From a virus (lineage: Duplodnaviria > Heunggongvirae > Uroviricota > Caudoviricetes): 35,636 bases of DNA. The translations under genes and the position numbers were made by a program. Positions within the stretch are counted from its first letter, which is position 1. Every line of letters starts with the position of its first letter. Below are positions 1 to 10,792 of the stretch, piece after piece. Under the pieces are notes generated by a model. That model searched no databases. It had not been told where the DNA came from and saw nothing but the letters and a program-made list of their open reading frames with translations. The stretch lies in the IMG/VR virus record IMGVR_UViG_2718218358_000004. One strand, written 5' to 3'.

Positions 1-258
1 ATGCAAACCGTTATTTTTGGTCGTCCGGGTTGCCCTTACTGTGTGCGTGCAAAAGATCTGGCTGAGAAATTGAGCAATGAACGCGATGATTTTCAGTATC
101 AGTATGTAGATATTCGTGCGGAAGGGATCACTAAAGAAGATCTACAACAAAAGGCAGGTAAACCCGTAGAAACCGTGCCGCAGATTTTTGTCGATCAGCA
201 ACATATCGGCGGCTATACCGATTTTGCTGCATGGGTGAAAGAAAATCTGGACGCCTGA
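1..258 (+). CDS. grxA: glutaredoxin 1
   Basis: 85-aa ORF with CPYC active-site motif; recognised as E. coli Grx1 from memory of the family and its ybjL-ybjM-grxA neighbourhood. Confidence 0.9.
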   Translation: MQTVIFGRPGCPYCVRAKDLAEKLSNERDDFQYQYVDIRAEGITKEDLQQKAGKPVETVPQIFVDQQHIGGYTDFAAWVKENLDA

Positions 259-287
259 TCGTCTGACAAGCCCTCGCGTTGAGGGCT

Positions 288-665
288 TTACTGATTTTTT
301 CTGTGCTGTGGTTTAAACAAACTACTGATAAATAAGAAACACAGTGCCCCCAGCGCACACCAGAACACCGCGCTTAGTAACCATGCCAGCTCTTGCCAGA
401 ATGAGCGGGTCGGTGAAAAAAACAGCCGCATAATAAGCATTGAACAGGGTGCCGCCAGCATTGCGCCAAATAGAGGTTTCAGGACTTCTCTACGCTGTGA
501 AAAGAAACTGGCAACTGCTCCAGGAAGAATGAAAAACAGCAAGCCGATTTCAGGATGCCCGGCAGCCCGAAAAGCGCCTTTCATGTGCGTCGCCAGAAAA
601 AGGCACACCACAATGAAGAGGACAAAACAGCAGATTGCCCCCGCCCAACGTTGTTTATGTTTCAC
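288..665 (-). CDS. ybjM: inner membrane protein YbjM
   Basis: 125-aa strongly hydrophobic ORF convergent with grxA; position and length match E. coli ybjM. Confidence 0.7.
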   Translation of the reverse strand: MKHKQRWAGAICCFVLFIVVCLFLATHMKGAFRAAGHPEIGLLFFILPGAVASFFSQRREVLKPLFGAMLAAPCSMLIMRLFFSPTRSFWQELAWLLSAVFWCALGALCFLFISSLFKPQHRKNQ

Positions 666-934
666 TCGTTCCTCCTGACACTGCGTCTATCGAACACATT
701 TTTCGCCAGTGTGGCGTTCAGTAAGATAAAGCCGCTTCGCATTCCATGCTAATATAGGCCAACGCAATTCATATAGCCGTTGATACCTAATGTGATTACA
801 CTAGTAAAATATATTGTTACTTTACTATCGTTTAGGTGCGCTGAATGAATCTGCGCCCTGAATTCTGGTAAAAAACATTATCGTAAATTACCATTTCTTT
901 CAACAGCTTACTAGTAAACAAGAAGTTAGCCTCC

Positions 935-2620
935 GTGAATATAAACGTCGCCGAATTGTTAAATGGGAATTACATTCTGTTATTATTTGTGGTCCTCGCG
1001 CTTGGGCTATGTCTCGGAAAGTTACGACTTGGTTCGATCCAACTGGGTAATTCCATTGGCGTTTTAGTCGTATCGCTGTTATTAGGCCAACAACATTTCA
1101 GCATTAACACCGATGCGCTTAATCTTGGCTTTATGCTGTTTATTTTCTGCGTCGGGGTCGAAGCCGGACCGAACTTTTTTTCCATTTTTTTTCGCGATGG
1201 GAAAAATTACCTAATGTTAGCACTGGTGATGGTTGGCAGTGCGCTGGTGATCGCCTTAGGGTTAGGTAAGCTGTTTGGCTGGGATATTGGCCTGACGGCC
1301 GGTATGTTAGCAGGCTCTATGACGTCGACACCGGTTCTGGTCGGTGCTGGCGATACACTGCGTCATTCCGGTATGGAAAGCAGGCAGCTCTCACTGGCAC
1401 TGGATAATCTGAGCCTCGGATATGCCTTAACCTATTTAATCGGTCTGGTGAGTTTGATTGTTGGTGCGCGTTACTTGCCGAAATTGCAGCATCAGGACTT
1501 ACAGACCAGCGCCCAGCAAATCGCCCGCGAACGTGGCCTGGACACTGATGCCAACCGTAAGGTTTATTTACCGGTGATCCGCGCCTATCGCGTCGGCCCG
1601 GAGCTGGTGGCCTGGACCGACGGCAAAAATCTGCGTGAACTGGGTATTTATCGACAAACCGGCTGCTACATTGAACGTATTCGACGTAACGGGATTCTGG
1701 CAAATCCAGACGGTGATGCCGTGCTACAAATGGGCGATGAAATAGCGTTGGTAGGCTATCCCGACGCCCATGCCCGACTCGATCCCAGCTTCCGTAACGG
1801 TAAAGAAGTTTTCGATCGTGACCTTCTCGACATGCGTATCGTCACTGAAGAAGTGGTCGTTAAAAACCATAACGCTGTAGGTAAACGTCTCGCACAACTG
1901 AAGTTGACCGATCACGGTTGCTTCCTTAACCGCGTCATTCGTAGCCAGATTGAGATGCCGATAGATGACAACGTCGTGCTTAACAAAGGTGACGTTTTAC
2001 AAGTCAGCGGTGATGCCCGTCGCGTAAAAACCATCGCCGATCGCATCGGCTTTATCTCGATTCACAGCCAGGTCACTGACCTGCTGGCATTTTGCGCCTT
2101 CTTTGTTATTGGGCTGATGATCGGGATGATCACCTTCCAGTTCAGCACATTCAGTTTCGGCATGGGGAACGCTGCCGGGTTGTTATTCGCCGGAATTATG
2201 CTGGGCTTTATGCGTGCTAACCACCCGACCTTCGGTTACATTCCGCAAGGTGCATTAAGCATGGTGAAAGAGTTCGGCTTGATGGTGTTTATGGCAGGCG
2301 TTGGTCTGAGCGCCGGTAGCGGTATTAATAACGGCCTGGGCGCGATTGGCGGTCAGATGTTGATTGCCGGATTAATTGTCAGTCTTGTGCCCGTGGTTAT
2401 CTGTTTCTTGTTCGGTGCTTATGTATTGCGAATGAACCGCGCACTGTTGTTCGGCGCAATGATGGGCGCACGCACCTGCGCGCCGGCAATGGAGATCATC
2501 AGTGATACAGCTCGCAGTAACATCCCTGCGCTGGGCTATGCGGGCACCTACGCAATCGCCAACGTCCTGCTGACGCTGGCAGGGACAATCATCGTCATGG
2601 TATGGCCAGGATTAGGATAA
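935..2620 (+). CDS. ybjL: putative transporter YbjL (AAE family, two membrane domains with central soluble domains)
   Basis: 561-aa ORF with hydrophobic N- and C-terminal halves and a central soluble region; matches E. coli YbjL length and neighbourhood. Confidence 0.85.
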
Positions 2621-2732
2621 AACTGAAGTTGCCCTGAAAATGAAATTTTTTTGCACAACCGCAGAACTTTTCCGCAGGGCATCAGTCTTAATTAATGCCA
2701 CTGCTTTTCTTTGATGTCCCCATTTTGTGGAG

Positions 2733-2776
2733 CCCATCAACCCCGCCATTTCGGTTCAAGGTTGATGGGTTTTTTG
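2733..2776 (+). terminator. putative rho-independent terminator downstream of ybjL
   Basis: 10-bp stem cccatcaacc (2733-2742) / ggttgatggg (2760-2769) followed by TTTTTT (2770-2775). Confidence 0.5.
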
Positions 2777-2855
2777 TTGTCTGAAATTTAAGCTATTTAA
2801 AATCATGATGTTAGAAGCACTGTTTTTTAATGATGGCGACAAATTGGCGGCAGAG

Positions 2856-3074
2856 TCAAAGAGAGAGCGCCACCTGTCCTGATTTCATTGGATGCGGCTG
2901 AACCGGATTTGACTCTTTTGGCGTTGCAATCGAACGAACAAAAGTTTCATGGGTAACAAAAGTATGGCTGCAGTTAATGTTCTGGCACTGGTTGTAACGC
3001 TCTTTGGTCAATGAAGATACCTGAAAACTGCTGCGAGTATGGGCGGCACTTCCACACAGTGGGCAAATCATCAT
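2856..3074 (-). CDS. ogr: late transcription activator Ogr (zinc-finger)
   Basis: 72 aa from Met12 of the ORF; CPLCG...CQNINC four-Cys zinc finger and overall similarity to P2 Ogr as remembered. Confidence 0.8.
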   Translation of the reverse strand: MMICPLCGSAAHTRSSFQVSSLTKERYNQCQNINCSHTFVTHETFVRSIATPKESNPVQPHPMKSGQVALSL

Positions 3075-3164
3075 TTTTCGAGTTCTCCCCATTTTTGCTA
3101 AATTCACAATAATGATACCTTATTATTCCATTTTGCAAACTTAAAAGTTCTCCATTGCGAAGAA

Positions 3165-4265
3165 TCATTCCATTTCGAAATCATCAATCTTCACTTCAAG
3201 CTCCAGACTGGTCGTAAAACCGTTATCCGGGCTGACGGTATGTGTCAGAGTCGTAATGGTCCATTCCGCATCATCTATCGGCTGTTTAAAGCCACTGACC
3301 TTCACAGGCATTTCCGTGTAGAGATCTGCCCGCCCTTCCGCCAGTCGTAGCGAGAATGACGCAACACCGCGTTGCAGGCGTTCCCACTGCATTTTCGCCG
3401 CTCGTTCGGCGTTGCTCCGGTTGGCATAAGTGCGATTAAGTACCAGAACGTTTTCATCCGTACCCACCAGGTAATCGCCCTGCTTCGCTTCCGGCTCTTT
3501 CTTCTGCTTTGCGGTCCTGCGCTTACGCTTCACCGTGGTGCTCTCTTTCTTCGCGGGTTCGCGGGTATGCAACCAGCTGGCAATTACGCCCGTGTAGGCA
3601 CCGCGATCAGCCAGGGTAAATCGGTGACTGTCGCCGTCCTTGCGTGTGATAGTGATCACCGGCAGAGGTTTACCGCTGGCGCTTTTGCCCTGTCCCTGCC
3701 GGATGAATAACAGATTGCCATTTTTCACCGACGCGATGGCACCGTACTGTCGCGCCAGCCGCATCAGAAAACTGCCGTCACTCTCATTGGTCTGGTCTAT
3801 ATGATCCACGGGTTTATCCGACAGGTCTTTACCCAGTGCCATCTTCAGCTTGTGACGTACGGCTATTTCCTTCACCACTTCCCCAACGGTGGTCTTGTGC
3901 CACGACTTTTCACGGCGGGTATTCAGCGTTTCCCTAAAATCAGCACTTCGCGCCCGGATAGTCAGGCGGTCCGGTGCGCCAGTGTGTTCAATCTCGTCCA
4001 CCGTGAATGCCCCTTTCGGGAAAAGCGGCTGCCCCTTCCAGCCCAGCGCCAGCGTAATGACCGCACCACGGCGCGGCAGCACGATTTTTCCGTCGGCGTC
4101 GTCCAACTCCAGCTCAAGCTGGTCCGCTTCAAAGCCCCGGTTATCCGTCAGCGTCAGCCCCATCAGGCGGTTATCCAGCACTGTGGTGATATCCCTGCCC
4201 TCAATACTGATGCTGAATGCGGGAGTTTTGTTACCTTTGTTAAGCAGTTCAGAGCTGAAATTCAC
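3165..4265 (-). CDS. D: tail protein D (late control gene D)
   Basis: 366-aa ORF at the position and with the length of P2 gpD, downstream of U in the tail operon. Confidence 0.8.
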   Translation of the reverse strand: MNFSSELLNKGNKTPAFSISIEGRDITTVLDNRLMGLTLTDNRGFEADQLELELDDADGKIVLPRRGAVITLALGWKGQPLFPKGAFTVDEIEHTGAPDRLTIRARSADFRETLNTRREKSWHKTTVGEVVKEIAVRHKLKMALGKDLSDKPVDHIDQTNESDGSFLMRLARQYGAIASVKNGNLLFIRQGQGKSASGKPLPVITITRKDGDSHRFTLADRGAYTGVIASWLHTREPAKKESTTVKRKRRTAKQKKEPEAKQGDYLVGTDENVLVLNRTYANRSNAERAAKMQWERLQRGVASFSLRLAEGRADLYTEMPVKVSGFKQPIDDAEWTITTLTHTVSPDNGFTTSLELEVKIDDFEME

Positions 4266-4747
4266 GACAGGAGCCCTCCCACCGTTTTACTGATATCGCT
4301 TAAGGCAGACGTTGCCGTGTCCTGCAGATTATTCAACTGCGCACTGAGATCACCGAACATATCGGACAGGGATTCATCCACCCGTTTGAGCGACAGGGTG
4401 AACTCAATCCGGCGCGGCATACCGTCGCGGAAAAACTCCGTTTTAGTCTGATTCAGTCCCTCAATCACATACATGCCGTAAATCGTGCCGCTGCCTTCAA
4501 TCAGGGGCCATGCTTTCCCCTGTTCTGCCATCTGCTCCAGTGCCAGCAACGACAGCCTGCCGCCTGTTATCTCCGGCATAAGAACACCAGAAAGCGTCAG
4601 CATGTCGTTGTCCGGTCCCAGAAACTGCGTGGACGGACGTCGATTTACCCGGCTGTTTGCCGCATGTCGCCAGCTGCGTTGATACTGCAGTTCCTGATAC
4701 GGCACGGTGCGCAGCATAAACACGTACAATCCCAGCACCATCATCAT
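4262..4747 (-). CDS. U: tail protein U
   Basis: 161-aa ORF, 4-nt start/stop overlap with D and T, P2 gpU-like size and position. Confidence 0.75.
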   Translation of the reverse strand: MMMVLGLYVFMLRTVPYQELQYQRSWRHAANSRVNRRPSTQFLGPDNDMLTLSGVLMPEITGGRLSLLALEQMAEQGKAWPLIEGSGTIYGMYVIEGLNQTKTEFFRDGMPRRIEFTLSLKRVDESLSDMFGDLSAQLNNLQDTATSALSDISKTVGGLLS

Positions 4748-7700
4748 GCGTCGTATCCCCCCTGATCGCTGTAGTTACTCCTGGCTTTTGCCTTCAGCCT
4801 GCGTTCACGTTCATCAAGCTGGCGGGCCACCTCCCGCGCAATATCCTGCGCACTTTGTCCTTGCTGCGTCTGGATGATGATCTGCGTCGGTGCCTCAATG
4901 CTGTAAACGGGCGGCACAGTGGCTGCGCGACTCACCATCGCTTCTCCACCTTTCGCTGGAAGTGCCAAAGGGTGCAACGGTGGAAGCTCTGCTGGCGCGG
5001 CAGCAACGCCCATCATTCCGGCAACAACGGCAGCCAGTGCAGCTGTATTTCTCCGGCTGGTCACGTTTGCCGGACCGTTGACAATTTCAGGCCCGTTTTC
5101 ACCGACGATGCCAAACTGCCCGTGCGGGATATACCCACCGCTGTCATACATCCCCGCAAAGCCATATCCCCATGACGGGAAACCACCCGATGGCATCATC
5201 ACTTTACCGTCTGCATTCACCGTCGCAGGTTGCTGACGCGTCACGCTTTCCGGCAGTTTTGCCTTTGCGGCCTCTTTACTGACAATGCCGAGTTTCTCCA
5301 GCAACCAGGAAACGCCGGATTTCAGGGAGTCCAGCGGATGCATGACCATATTCAGCCCTTCCGCCAGTGCCTCCCCGAATCGTCGCCCCATTGCCGCTGC
5401 ACTCTGCAGTTCGGCAGAGGTCGACTTAACGGGCGTCAGCAGATCAGTAAACCAGCCCCACAGCGCCTGTACTTTGTCGCCAATCCACTGGAACACGGGC
5501 TTAAGCGGTTCGAATGCTTCACTGACGGGACCTGCCGCCGCTTTGAATCCTTCCACCACGCCACCAAGAAATGCGGTGATGGGTTGCCAGTATTTCCAGA
5601 CAACCAGCGCCACTCCCGCCAGTGCAGTAACCACAAGACCTATCGGACTGAGCAGAGCACCTAACAGACCAGATATGGCATACAGGGCAACGCGCAGCAT
5701 CGCCAGCGGACCAGATGCAAGCACACGAAGCACCGCGCCTGCGGCAGCCAGTCCACCGCGCAGTACCGCCAGAGGATTCAGAAACATCACAGCAACAGCA
5801 CGTAAAGCGGATAATCCAGACCGCAATAGTGCAACCGGCGCACCTGCTACAGTTTTCAGGACATTTCCCGTCAGTGATGCCGTACGGCGCAAAGACGACA
5901 ACGGCGCAGTAAGTAAACCCGCTGCATTACCCGATGAAGCAAGCCCGTGTCGCAGCACTGCCAGTGGTGCGCCTGCCAGCCAGGACAACGCGTTGCTGGT
6001 TCGGGTTACTGCTGCCGTAACGGAAGGTAACGTTTTGATACCCAGCACAGAGAATCCCAGACGGATGACTGCCAGCGGCCCCAGCACTGCAGCCAGCGCC
6101 ACCGCTAAGGTGCCGAGGCCCACGGTAACGGCAGCCACCACAGCGGCTACTTTCATCAGAGTGCCCGTCAGTTCCGGGTTAGCTTCCACCCAGCGACGCA
6201 ACGCCCCCGTGACGCTTTTCACCGTGTACAGAATATCCATCAGCGGCTGGCGCAGCGTTTCGCCCAGGCTACTGAAGGTGTTCTGCGCTCCGGTTTTGAC
6301 CAGCAACCACTGAGCAGAAAGTGAGTCCTTATTGATGTCGGATTCTTTCTGCATGGAGCCGAGCGCATCATTGCCCGCTGTCAGTTTTAACTGACGCTGC
6401 AGTTCCGGCAGGTTGTTTGCCAGTTTCGCCGCGTCATCGCCAAACTCTTTACCAAACAACATGGTCATGGCAGACAGACGCTTATCCTGCGGCAGTGCGT
6501 TCACCTTCTCCAGCACACGCTGGATAGTTCCCATCGCATCCTTCGTCATCTGCTTTTCAATCACTTCAGGATTGAGTTTCAGCAGATTCATTCCTTCAAA
6601 GAAACTCTTGCTTTGCATGGTGGCAATGGACAATTCACGCACCATCGCGTTTGCTGCACTGGCTGCAACCTCTGGCGCAGCGCCCAGTGTCAGGAAGGTG
6701 GAACCCAGCGCCGCCGCTTTACGATAATCCAGACGATCAGCCACACCGCCCAGACGTTGCATCACATCAATGATGTCTGCCCCTTTCGACATGGCGTTAT
6801 CATCCAGATAGTTCAGCGCATCACCGAGCTGTTCAATATTGCGGGTAGGGATTTTGTAGAGCTGGGCGATTTTCCCCAGACTTTCTGACAGTTCATCCGC
6901 TGGCAGCTCAAAGGCTGTTGCCGCCTTTGCTGCCGTGCTGGCGAAGGCCAGCAGGTCACGTTTCTGGTCTTCCCAGCTGTCGTCAGGGTTTGCGACGTTC
7001 ATGCGCGCACCACCTTCAACCAGTGCAGCGAAGTCTACCGCACCGTTTTCCATCGGCAACTGTTCGCTGGCAGCCTTGATGGCATCCTGCATTTCATAAA
7101 AACGTGCAGTGCGGTTGCCATTATCGTCACGCAGACCATTGACCTGCTTTGCCACACCTTTCATGGCATCTTCCATGCTGGTATAGCTTTTTACTGCCGC
7201 CATCACTGGCGCGCCCATTGCCAACCCTGCCGCCGTGGTAGTGGCTCCGGCACCTGCAATACGATCACGCACCTCCAGCGAACGGGCATACCTGGCACGC
7301 GCTACATTCATCCTGCGCTGAGCTTCCCCCAGTCGCTTCAGCCGCGCCTCCTGTTTCGACAGTTCCTGGTTATAACGTGATGTTTCACGGGCTAAACGGG
7401 CAGTTGCACCCGCATCATCTTTCGCAGAAATTCCCGCCCGGTACAGTTCTGCACGCACAAGCGCCGTTTGCTTCTGCAAATATTTTTGTTGTTCTTCCAG
7501 GCGTTGGACTGCCAGCGTTTGCCGACCTAAAGCCACAAGGTGCCGTTGTGATGGTTGTTCCATCGCCTCCAGCTCAGAGCTAAGCAAATTAGCCTTCTGT
7601 CTGGCATAGTTCAGCCTGTCGCCTAACTTCTTGTTATCGGCCTGCAGCTTGCGAAATTTTTCCAGGCTGTTACCCGCCTGATTGAGTTGCTTTAATGCGT

Positions 7701-7821
7701 CACGGGAGTTTCTGATTGCGCCAGCCAGCTCTTTCGAACTGGCCTGTGCAGCACGGAATGGGCGGGTGAGTTTGTCAACCGCATTAAGAATGACCTGCAG
7801 CCGCAGGTTGTTATCACTCAT
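4744..7821 (-). CDS. T: tail tape measure protein
   Basis: 1025-aa Ala/Gly/Leu-rich ORF with coiled-coil-like N-terminus, located between E/E' and U as in P2. Confidence 0.85.
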   Translation of the reverse strand: MSDNNLRLQVILNAVDKLTRPFRAAQASSKELAGAIRNSRDALKQLNQAGNSLEKFRKLQADNKKLGDRLNYARQKANLLSSELEAMEQPSQRHLVALGRQTLAVQRLEEQQKYLQKQTALVRAELYRAGISAKDDAGATARLARETSRYNQELSKQEARLKRLGEAQRRMNVARARYARSLEVRDRIAGAGATTTAAGLAMGAPVMAAVKSYTSMEDAMKGVAKQVNGLRDDNGNRTARFYEMQDAIKAASEQLPMENGAVDFAALVEGGARMNVANPDDSWEDQKRDLLAFASTAAKAATAFELPADELSESLGKIAQLYKIPTRNIEQLGDALNYLDDNAMSKGADIIDVMQRLGGVADRLDYRKAAALGSTFLTLGAAPEVAASAANAMVRELSIATMQSKSFFEGMNLLKLNPEVIEKQMTKDAMGTIQRVLEKVNALPQDKRLSAMTMLFGKEFGDDAAKLANNLPELQRQLKLTAGNDALGSMQKESDINKDSLSAQWLLVKTGAQNTFSSLGETLRQPLMDILYTVKSVTGALRRWVEANPELTGTLMKVAAVVAAVTVGLGTLAVALAAVLGPLAVIRLGFSVLGIKTLPSVTAAVTRTSNALSWLAGAPLAVLRHGLASSGNAAGLLTAPLSSLRRTASLTGNVLKTVAGAPVALLRSGLSALRAVAVMFLNPLAVLRGGLAAAGAVLRVLASGPLAMLRVALYAISGLLGALLSPIGLVVTALAGVALVVWKYWQPITAFLGGVVEGFKAAAGPVSEAFEPLKPVFQWIGDKVQALWGWFTDLLTPVKSTSAELQSAAAMGRRFGEALAEGLNMVMHPLDSLKSGVSWLLEKLGIVSKEAAKAKLPESVTRQQPATVNADGKVMMPSGGFPSWGYGFAGMYDSGGYIPHGQFGIVGENGPEIVNGPANVTSRRNTAALAAVVAGMMGVAAAPAELPPLHPLALPAKGGEAMVSRAATVPPVYSIEAPTQIIIQTQQGQSAQDIAREVARQLDERERRLKAKARSNYSDQGGYDA

Positions 7822-8250
7822 CGTTGGCCCCGCTTCTCTGAATCGCTTTATACCGCCATTCCAGCACTTCGGTCAGCGGCATAACGTCAGTAACGGATGG
7901 CGGCCAGTGAAAAATGGTGGCGATATCTGCCACCAGATCGTCAACCGTCAGGCTGTCGGTAAACCGGCAAGCACCGACTTCTTCAACAAAAAAGTGACAA
8001 CCTCAACCGACATGGCAGTGAGATCTGCCGGGTCCATCTCTGCAATTTCCTGTGCGGTCAGTGCCGGGCTGGAGATGCGGGGGATCACGGTCATCATCGC
8101 GTTCACATCCATATCCATAATGGCCTGCAGGCGTGTACCGCGCAGCGCACCGGACTGCGGTTTACGCAGCACAATTTCGGTAATTTCTGTTTTACCGCGC
8201 TTGATAGGGGTATCCAGTTGAATGGTCTTTTCAGTCTGCTTATCGCTCAT
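7814..8250 (-). CDS. E': tail assembly chaperone E+E' (programmed -1 frameshift product)
   Basis: Minus-strand heptamer TTTTTTG at 7987-7993 inside E; I translated the -1 frame by hand and it stays open for 57 codons to a TGA at 7814-7816, overlapping the T start. Confidence 0.7.
7948..8250 (-). CDS. E: tail assembly chaperone E
   Basis: 100-aa ORF immediately upstream of T; contains slippery run near its 3' end. Confidence 0.75.
   Translation of the reverse strand: MSDKQTEKTIQLDTPIKRGKTEITEIVLRKPQSGALRGTRLQAIMDMDVNAMMTVIPRISSPALTAQEIAEMDPADLTAMSVEVVTFLLKKSVLAGLPTA
7987..7993 (-). other. slippery heptamer for E/E' -1 frameshift
   Basis: T6G on the coding (minus) strand, 13 codons before the E stop. 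Confidence 0.65.
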
Positions 8251-8304
8251 TTTGTTGTCCTGTAAATTGGGTTCTGGCGCGGAATCCCGCGCCGTTCAGA
8301 TACA

Positions 8305-8820
8305 TCAGAGGCCGAGGGCGTTGCGGTGCGCTTCCATCAGGTCCACACCGTCCACAATTTCCACCATGTTGATAAGGTCCACTTCATAGAGCACCTCACC
8401 ATTGATGGTCAGCTTCGCGTAGCTGTTGGTACTGGTCACTTTGGTGGTGTTACTTTCGCCCGTCTTCCACTCGCCGGAATCCACTTCTTTGTGACGACCA
8501 CGCACCACAAGCTCCACGGCCTGCACTTCCCCGGTATCATCACGCTGGATAGAGCCGGTAAAGCGCAACTGGATGCCATCCACAGTGGCTTTGCCCATTT
8601 GCTTAAACAGCAGCAGTTCAGTACCACCAATGGAAAATTCTGTGTCCAGCGCACTGTCATCAAGCCCCAGATCCACATCCACTGCACCCGGCATTCCGCC
8701 GCCGCGATACTTCTCATATTTGCGGGTGAATTTCGGCAGCGTCAGCGATTCAACGATCCCCTGCCAGTTGTTCCCGTCGTTAAACAGGTTCAGGTGTTTT
8801 AATTTGCGTGGTAAAGCCAT
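8305..8820 (-). CDS. FII: tail tube protein FII
   Basis: 171-aa ORF, P2 gpFII size and position directly downstream of FI. Confidence 0.85.
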   Translation of the reverse strand: MALPRKLKHLNLFNDGNNWQGIVESLTLPKFTRKYEKYRGGGMPGAVDVDLGLDDSALDTEFSIGGTELLLFKQMGKATVDGIQLRFTGSIQRDDTGEVQAVELVVRGRHKEVDSGEWKTGESNTTKVTSTNSYAKLTINGEVLYEVDLINMVEIVDGVDLMEAHRNALGL

Positions 8821-8829
8821 GTTGTCCCC

Positions 8830-10002
8830 TTACGCGCTGACCTGGCTGGCGAAATTCACCAGGTACTGATCGGTGATGCGCTGACGCAGCATCAGGTTTT
8901 CAAGTGGCGGCACTGGCGTGTAGTCGTAGTCGATGGTGAGTTTTCCGGCTTTCAGCGTGTCTTTGTCGTTCACCGACTCGTCCAGCCAGCAATCACCACC
9001 AATGAGATACCCCTGACTGACCAGGCTGCGCATTTTGGCGCGGATGCCCTCGATAATGTCGCGCGCCAGCGACGGGTTCAGCGGTTTGTCCACTGCCCAC
9101 ATGTGCGCTTCTGCCATTGTGTCCGTCAGCACCTGCGCCGTGCGGGTGTAGTTTTCGAAGGCAAAGAGCGGGTCATCACTCAGGCAGCGGGAACCCCAGA
9201 AGCGGAAACCGTCTTTACGCACAAGCGTGGTGACGTCGTTCTGGTTCAGCAGACCTGCATCGGTTGCCGGGTCCTGCAGATCCCAGAACACATCTGCAGA
9301 AATTCCGGTGACACCGTTCACGCCCACGTTGGACAGGCTTTTGTGCCACCCAGTCTGCTCATCAATTTTGGCACGCAGACCAAGCGCACGGGCGGTGGCA
9401 TATGCCGTTGCTTCGGCATTCAGCACCGTGTCCCAGCCAGTAAAGTCGGGCCAGATCAGCATTCCTTCGCGCTGGCTGAAGTTTTCACGGTAAGTGATCG
9501 CCTCCTGCACCGTCTTGCAGCCATACGCTGACAGGTAAGCAAACCCACGCAGGCTTTGCGCCACACTCAGCAACTCAGTAGCAACGGCTTTGTTATCGTG
9601 ACCTGGCACGCCGAGAATGCGCGGTTTAACACCGAGCTGTGTCTGGGCAGATAACAGGGCTTTCATGCCTGTTTTTTTACCTTCAGCAGTCACTGCGCCG
9701 ATGATATTGGTCGTGGTTTCTTCTTCTGTTTCACCCTGCGGCACACGCACAACAACGGTCACGGGTTTTGCCTGGTCAGCGATGGCATCCAGCGAACGGG
9801 CCAGCGTGCCGGACTCACCCGCTTTACCGCTGGCAGTCAGCACATCAGTGATCAGCACGGGTTTATTAAGAGGAAACATTTTTGCATCGGCATCATCGCC
9901 CGTGCAGACCATACCCACGATGGCGGTGCTCACCGTGGTAATGGATCGGGTGCCTTCGTTGATTTCAACAACGCGCACCCCGTGGTGGTAATCCTGAGCC
10001 AT
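8830..10002 (-). CDS. FI: contractile tail sheath protein FI
   Basis: 390-aa ORF, P2 gpFI size and position at head of FI-FII-E-T-U-D operon. Confidence 0.9.
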   Translation of the reverse strand: MAQDYHHGVRVVEINEGTRSITTVSTAIVGMVCTGDDADAKMFPLNKPVLITDVLTASGKAGESGTLARSLDAIADQAKPVTVVVRVPQGETEEETTTNIIGAVTAEGKKTGMKALLSAQTQLGVKPRILGVPGHDNKAVATELLSVAQSLRGFAYLSAYGCKTVQEAITYRENFSQREGMLIWPDFTGWDTVLNAEATAYATARALGLRAKIDEQTGWHKSLSNVGVNGVTGISADVFWDLQDPATDAGLLNQNDVTTLVRKDGFRFWGSRCLSDDPLFAFENYTRTAQVLTDTMAEAHMWAVDKPLNPSLARDIIEGIRAKMRSLVSQGYLIGGDCWLDESVNDKDTLKAGKLTIDYDYTPVPPLENLMLRQRITDQYLVNFASQVSA

Positions 10003-10078
10003 AGCGGCGAACCTCCTGATTGGATTAGGCTTCGCCCTATGTTGAAGTGATTGTGCCCGACAAACAGCTAAGTATAGT

Positions 10079-10096
10079 TGTACCGTTATTCACACA
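10079..10096. promoter_or_regulatory. TGT-N12-ACA dyad, candidate Ogr-dependent late promoter element (FI operon)
   Basis: tgtaccgttattcacaca, centred about 85 nt upstream of the FI start codon. Confidence 0.5.
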
Positions 10097-10144
10097 AAAT
10101 GACGGTATTTGTCTACTTGCAGTGATAATCAAAATTATGCTGAT

Positions 10145-10717
10145 TCAGGGGGATTCACTGCTCTTATTTGCCGGAAATTTTCTATAAATGGTAGAAACGC
10201 CCACATCAAAAATCAGTGCAATACGCTGTCTTGATTCTCCGGCCTCTAGTAAACGTCCAATCTGTGCCCACTGTTCGGTGGTCAACTTAGGGCGGCGTCC
10301 ACCTACTCTGCCTTTGTCGCGAGCTGCAGCAATCCCCGCCCTGGTACGTTCAACTATCAGTTCGCGTTCCATTTCAGCCAGGGCACCCATGACATGAAAA
10401 AAGAAACGGCCCATTGGGGTACTGGTATCAATACTGTCAGTCAGGCTTCTGAAATTCACACCACGCTGGCGTAACTCTTCTATCAGCGTAACAAGATGCC
10501 GCATACTGCGCCCCAACCTGTCCAGCTTCCAGACAACCAGCGTGTCTCCTGCCGATAGTGTCCTGAGCAGTTTTTTCAGCCCCGGTCTGTCGGACTTAGT
10601 GCCGCTGATTTTATCCTCAAAAATCCGCTCACATCCCGCGCAGTTCAGCGCACTACGTTGCAAATCGGTGTTCTGGTCATTTGTTGACACGCGTACATAG
10701 CCAATAAGCATGATCAT
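10145..10717 (-). CDS. serine DNA invertase (Hin/Gin/Cin/Pin family)
   Basis: 190-aa ORF; N-terminus GYVRVSTNDQ with catalytic Ser, LVVWKLDRLGRS, C-terminal HTH GVSTIYRKF; near-identical in pattern to Hin/Pin as remembered. Confidence 0.9.
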   Translation of the reverse strand: MIMLIGYVRVSTNDQNTDLQRSALNCAGCERIFEDKISGTKSDRPGLKKLLRTLSAGDTLVVWKLDRLGRSMRHLVTLIEELRQRGVNFRSLTDSIDTSTPMGRFFFHVMGALAEMERELIVERTRAGIAAARDKGRVGGRRPKLTTEQWAQIGRLLEAGESRQRIALIFDVGVSTIYRKFPANKSSESP

Positions 10718-10766
10718 CTCCTTGAATAAAAATCGGGGATGATGCCAGTTAGTCGTAATAGCTGCA

Positions 10767-10792
10767 TTTTCTTAAACGTTGGTTTGGGAGAA
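10767..10792. other. invertase crossover site (hix/gix/cix-like), right
   Basis: TTTTCTTAAACGTTGGTTTGGGAGAA; inverted copy of the site at 12615-12640 sharing the 12-bp half-site TTCTCCCAAACC. Confidence 0.55.

Noticed and set aside
1317-1703. 128-aa minus-strand ORF
   Set aside because: Antisense within host transporter gene ybjL
3801-4451. 216-aa and 134-aa plus-strand ORFs
   Set aside because: Antisense to tail genes D and U, which have clear P2 synteny
5285-6313. 342-aa plus-strand ORF (and several other 60-140-aa ORFs) inside the tape-measure gene
   Set aside because: Antisense to a strongly supported 1025-aa gene in a GC-rich region; Ser/Ala/Pro/Arg-rich low-complexity translation typical of spurious ORFs
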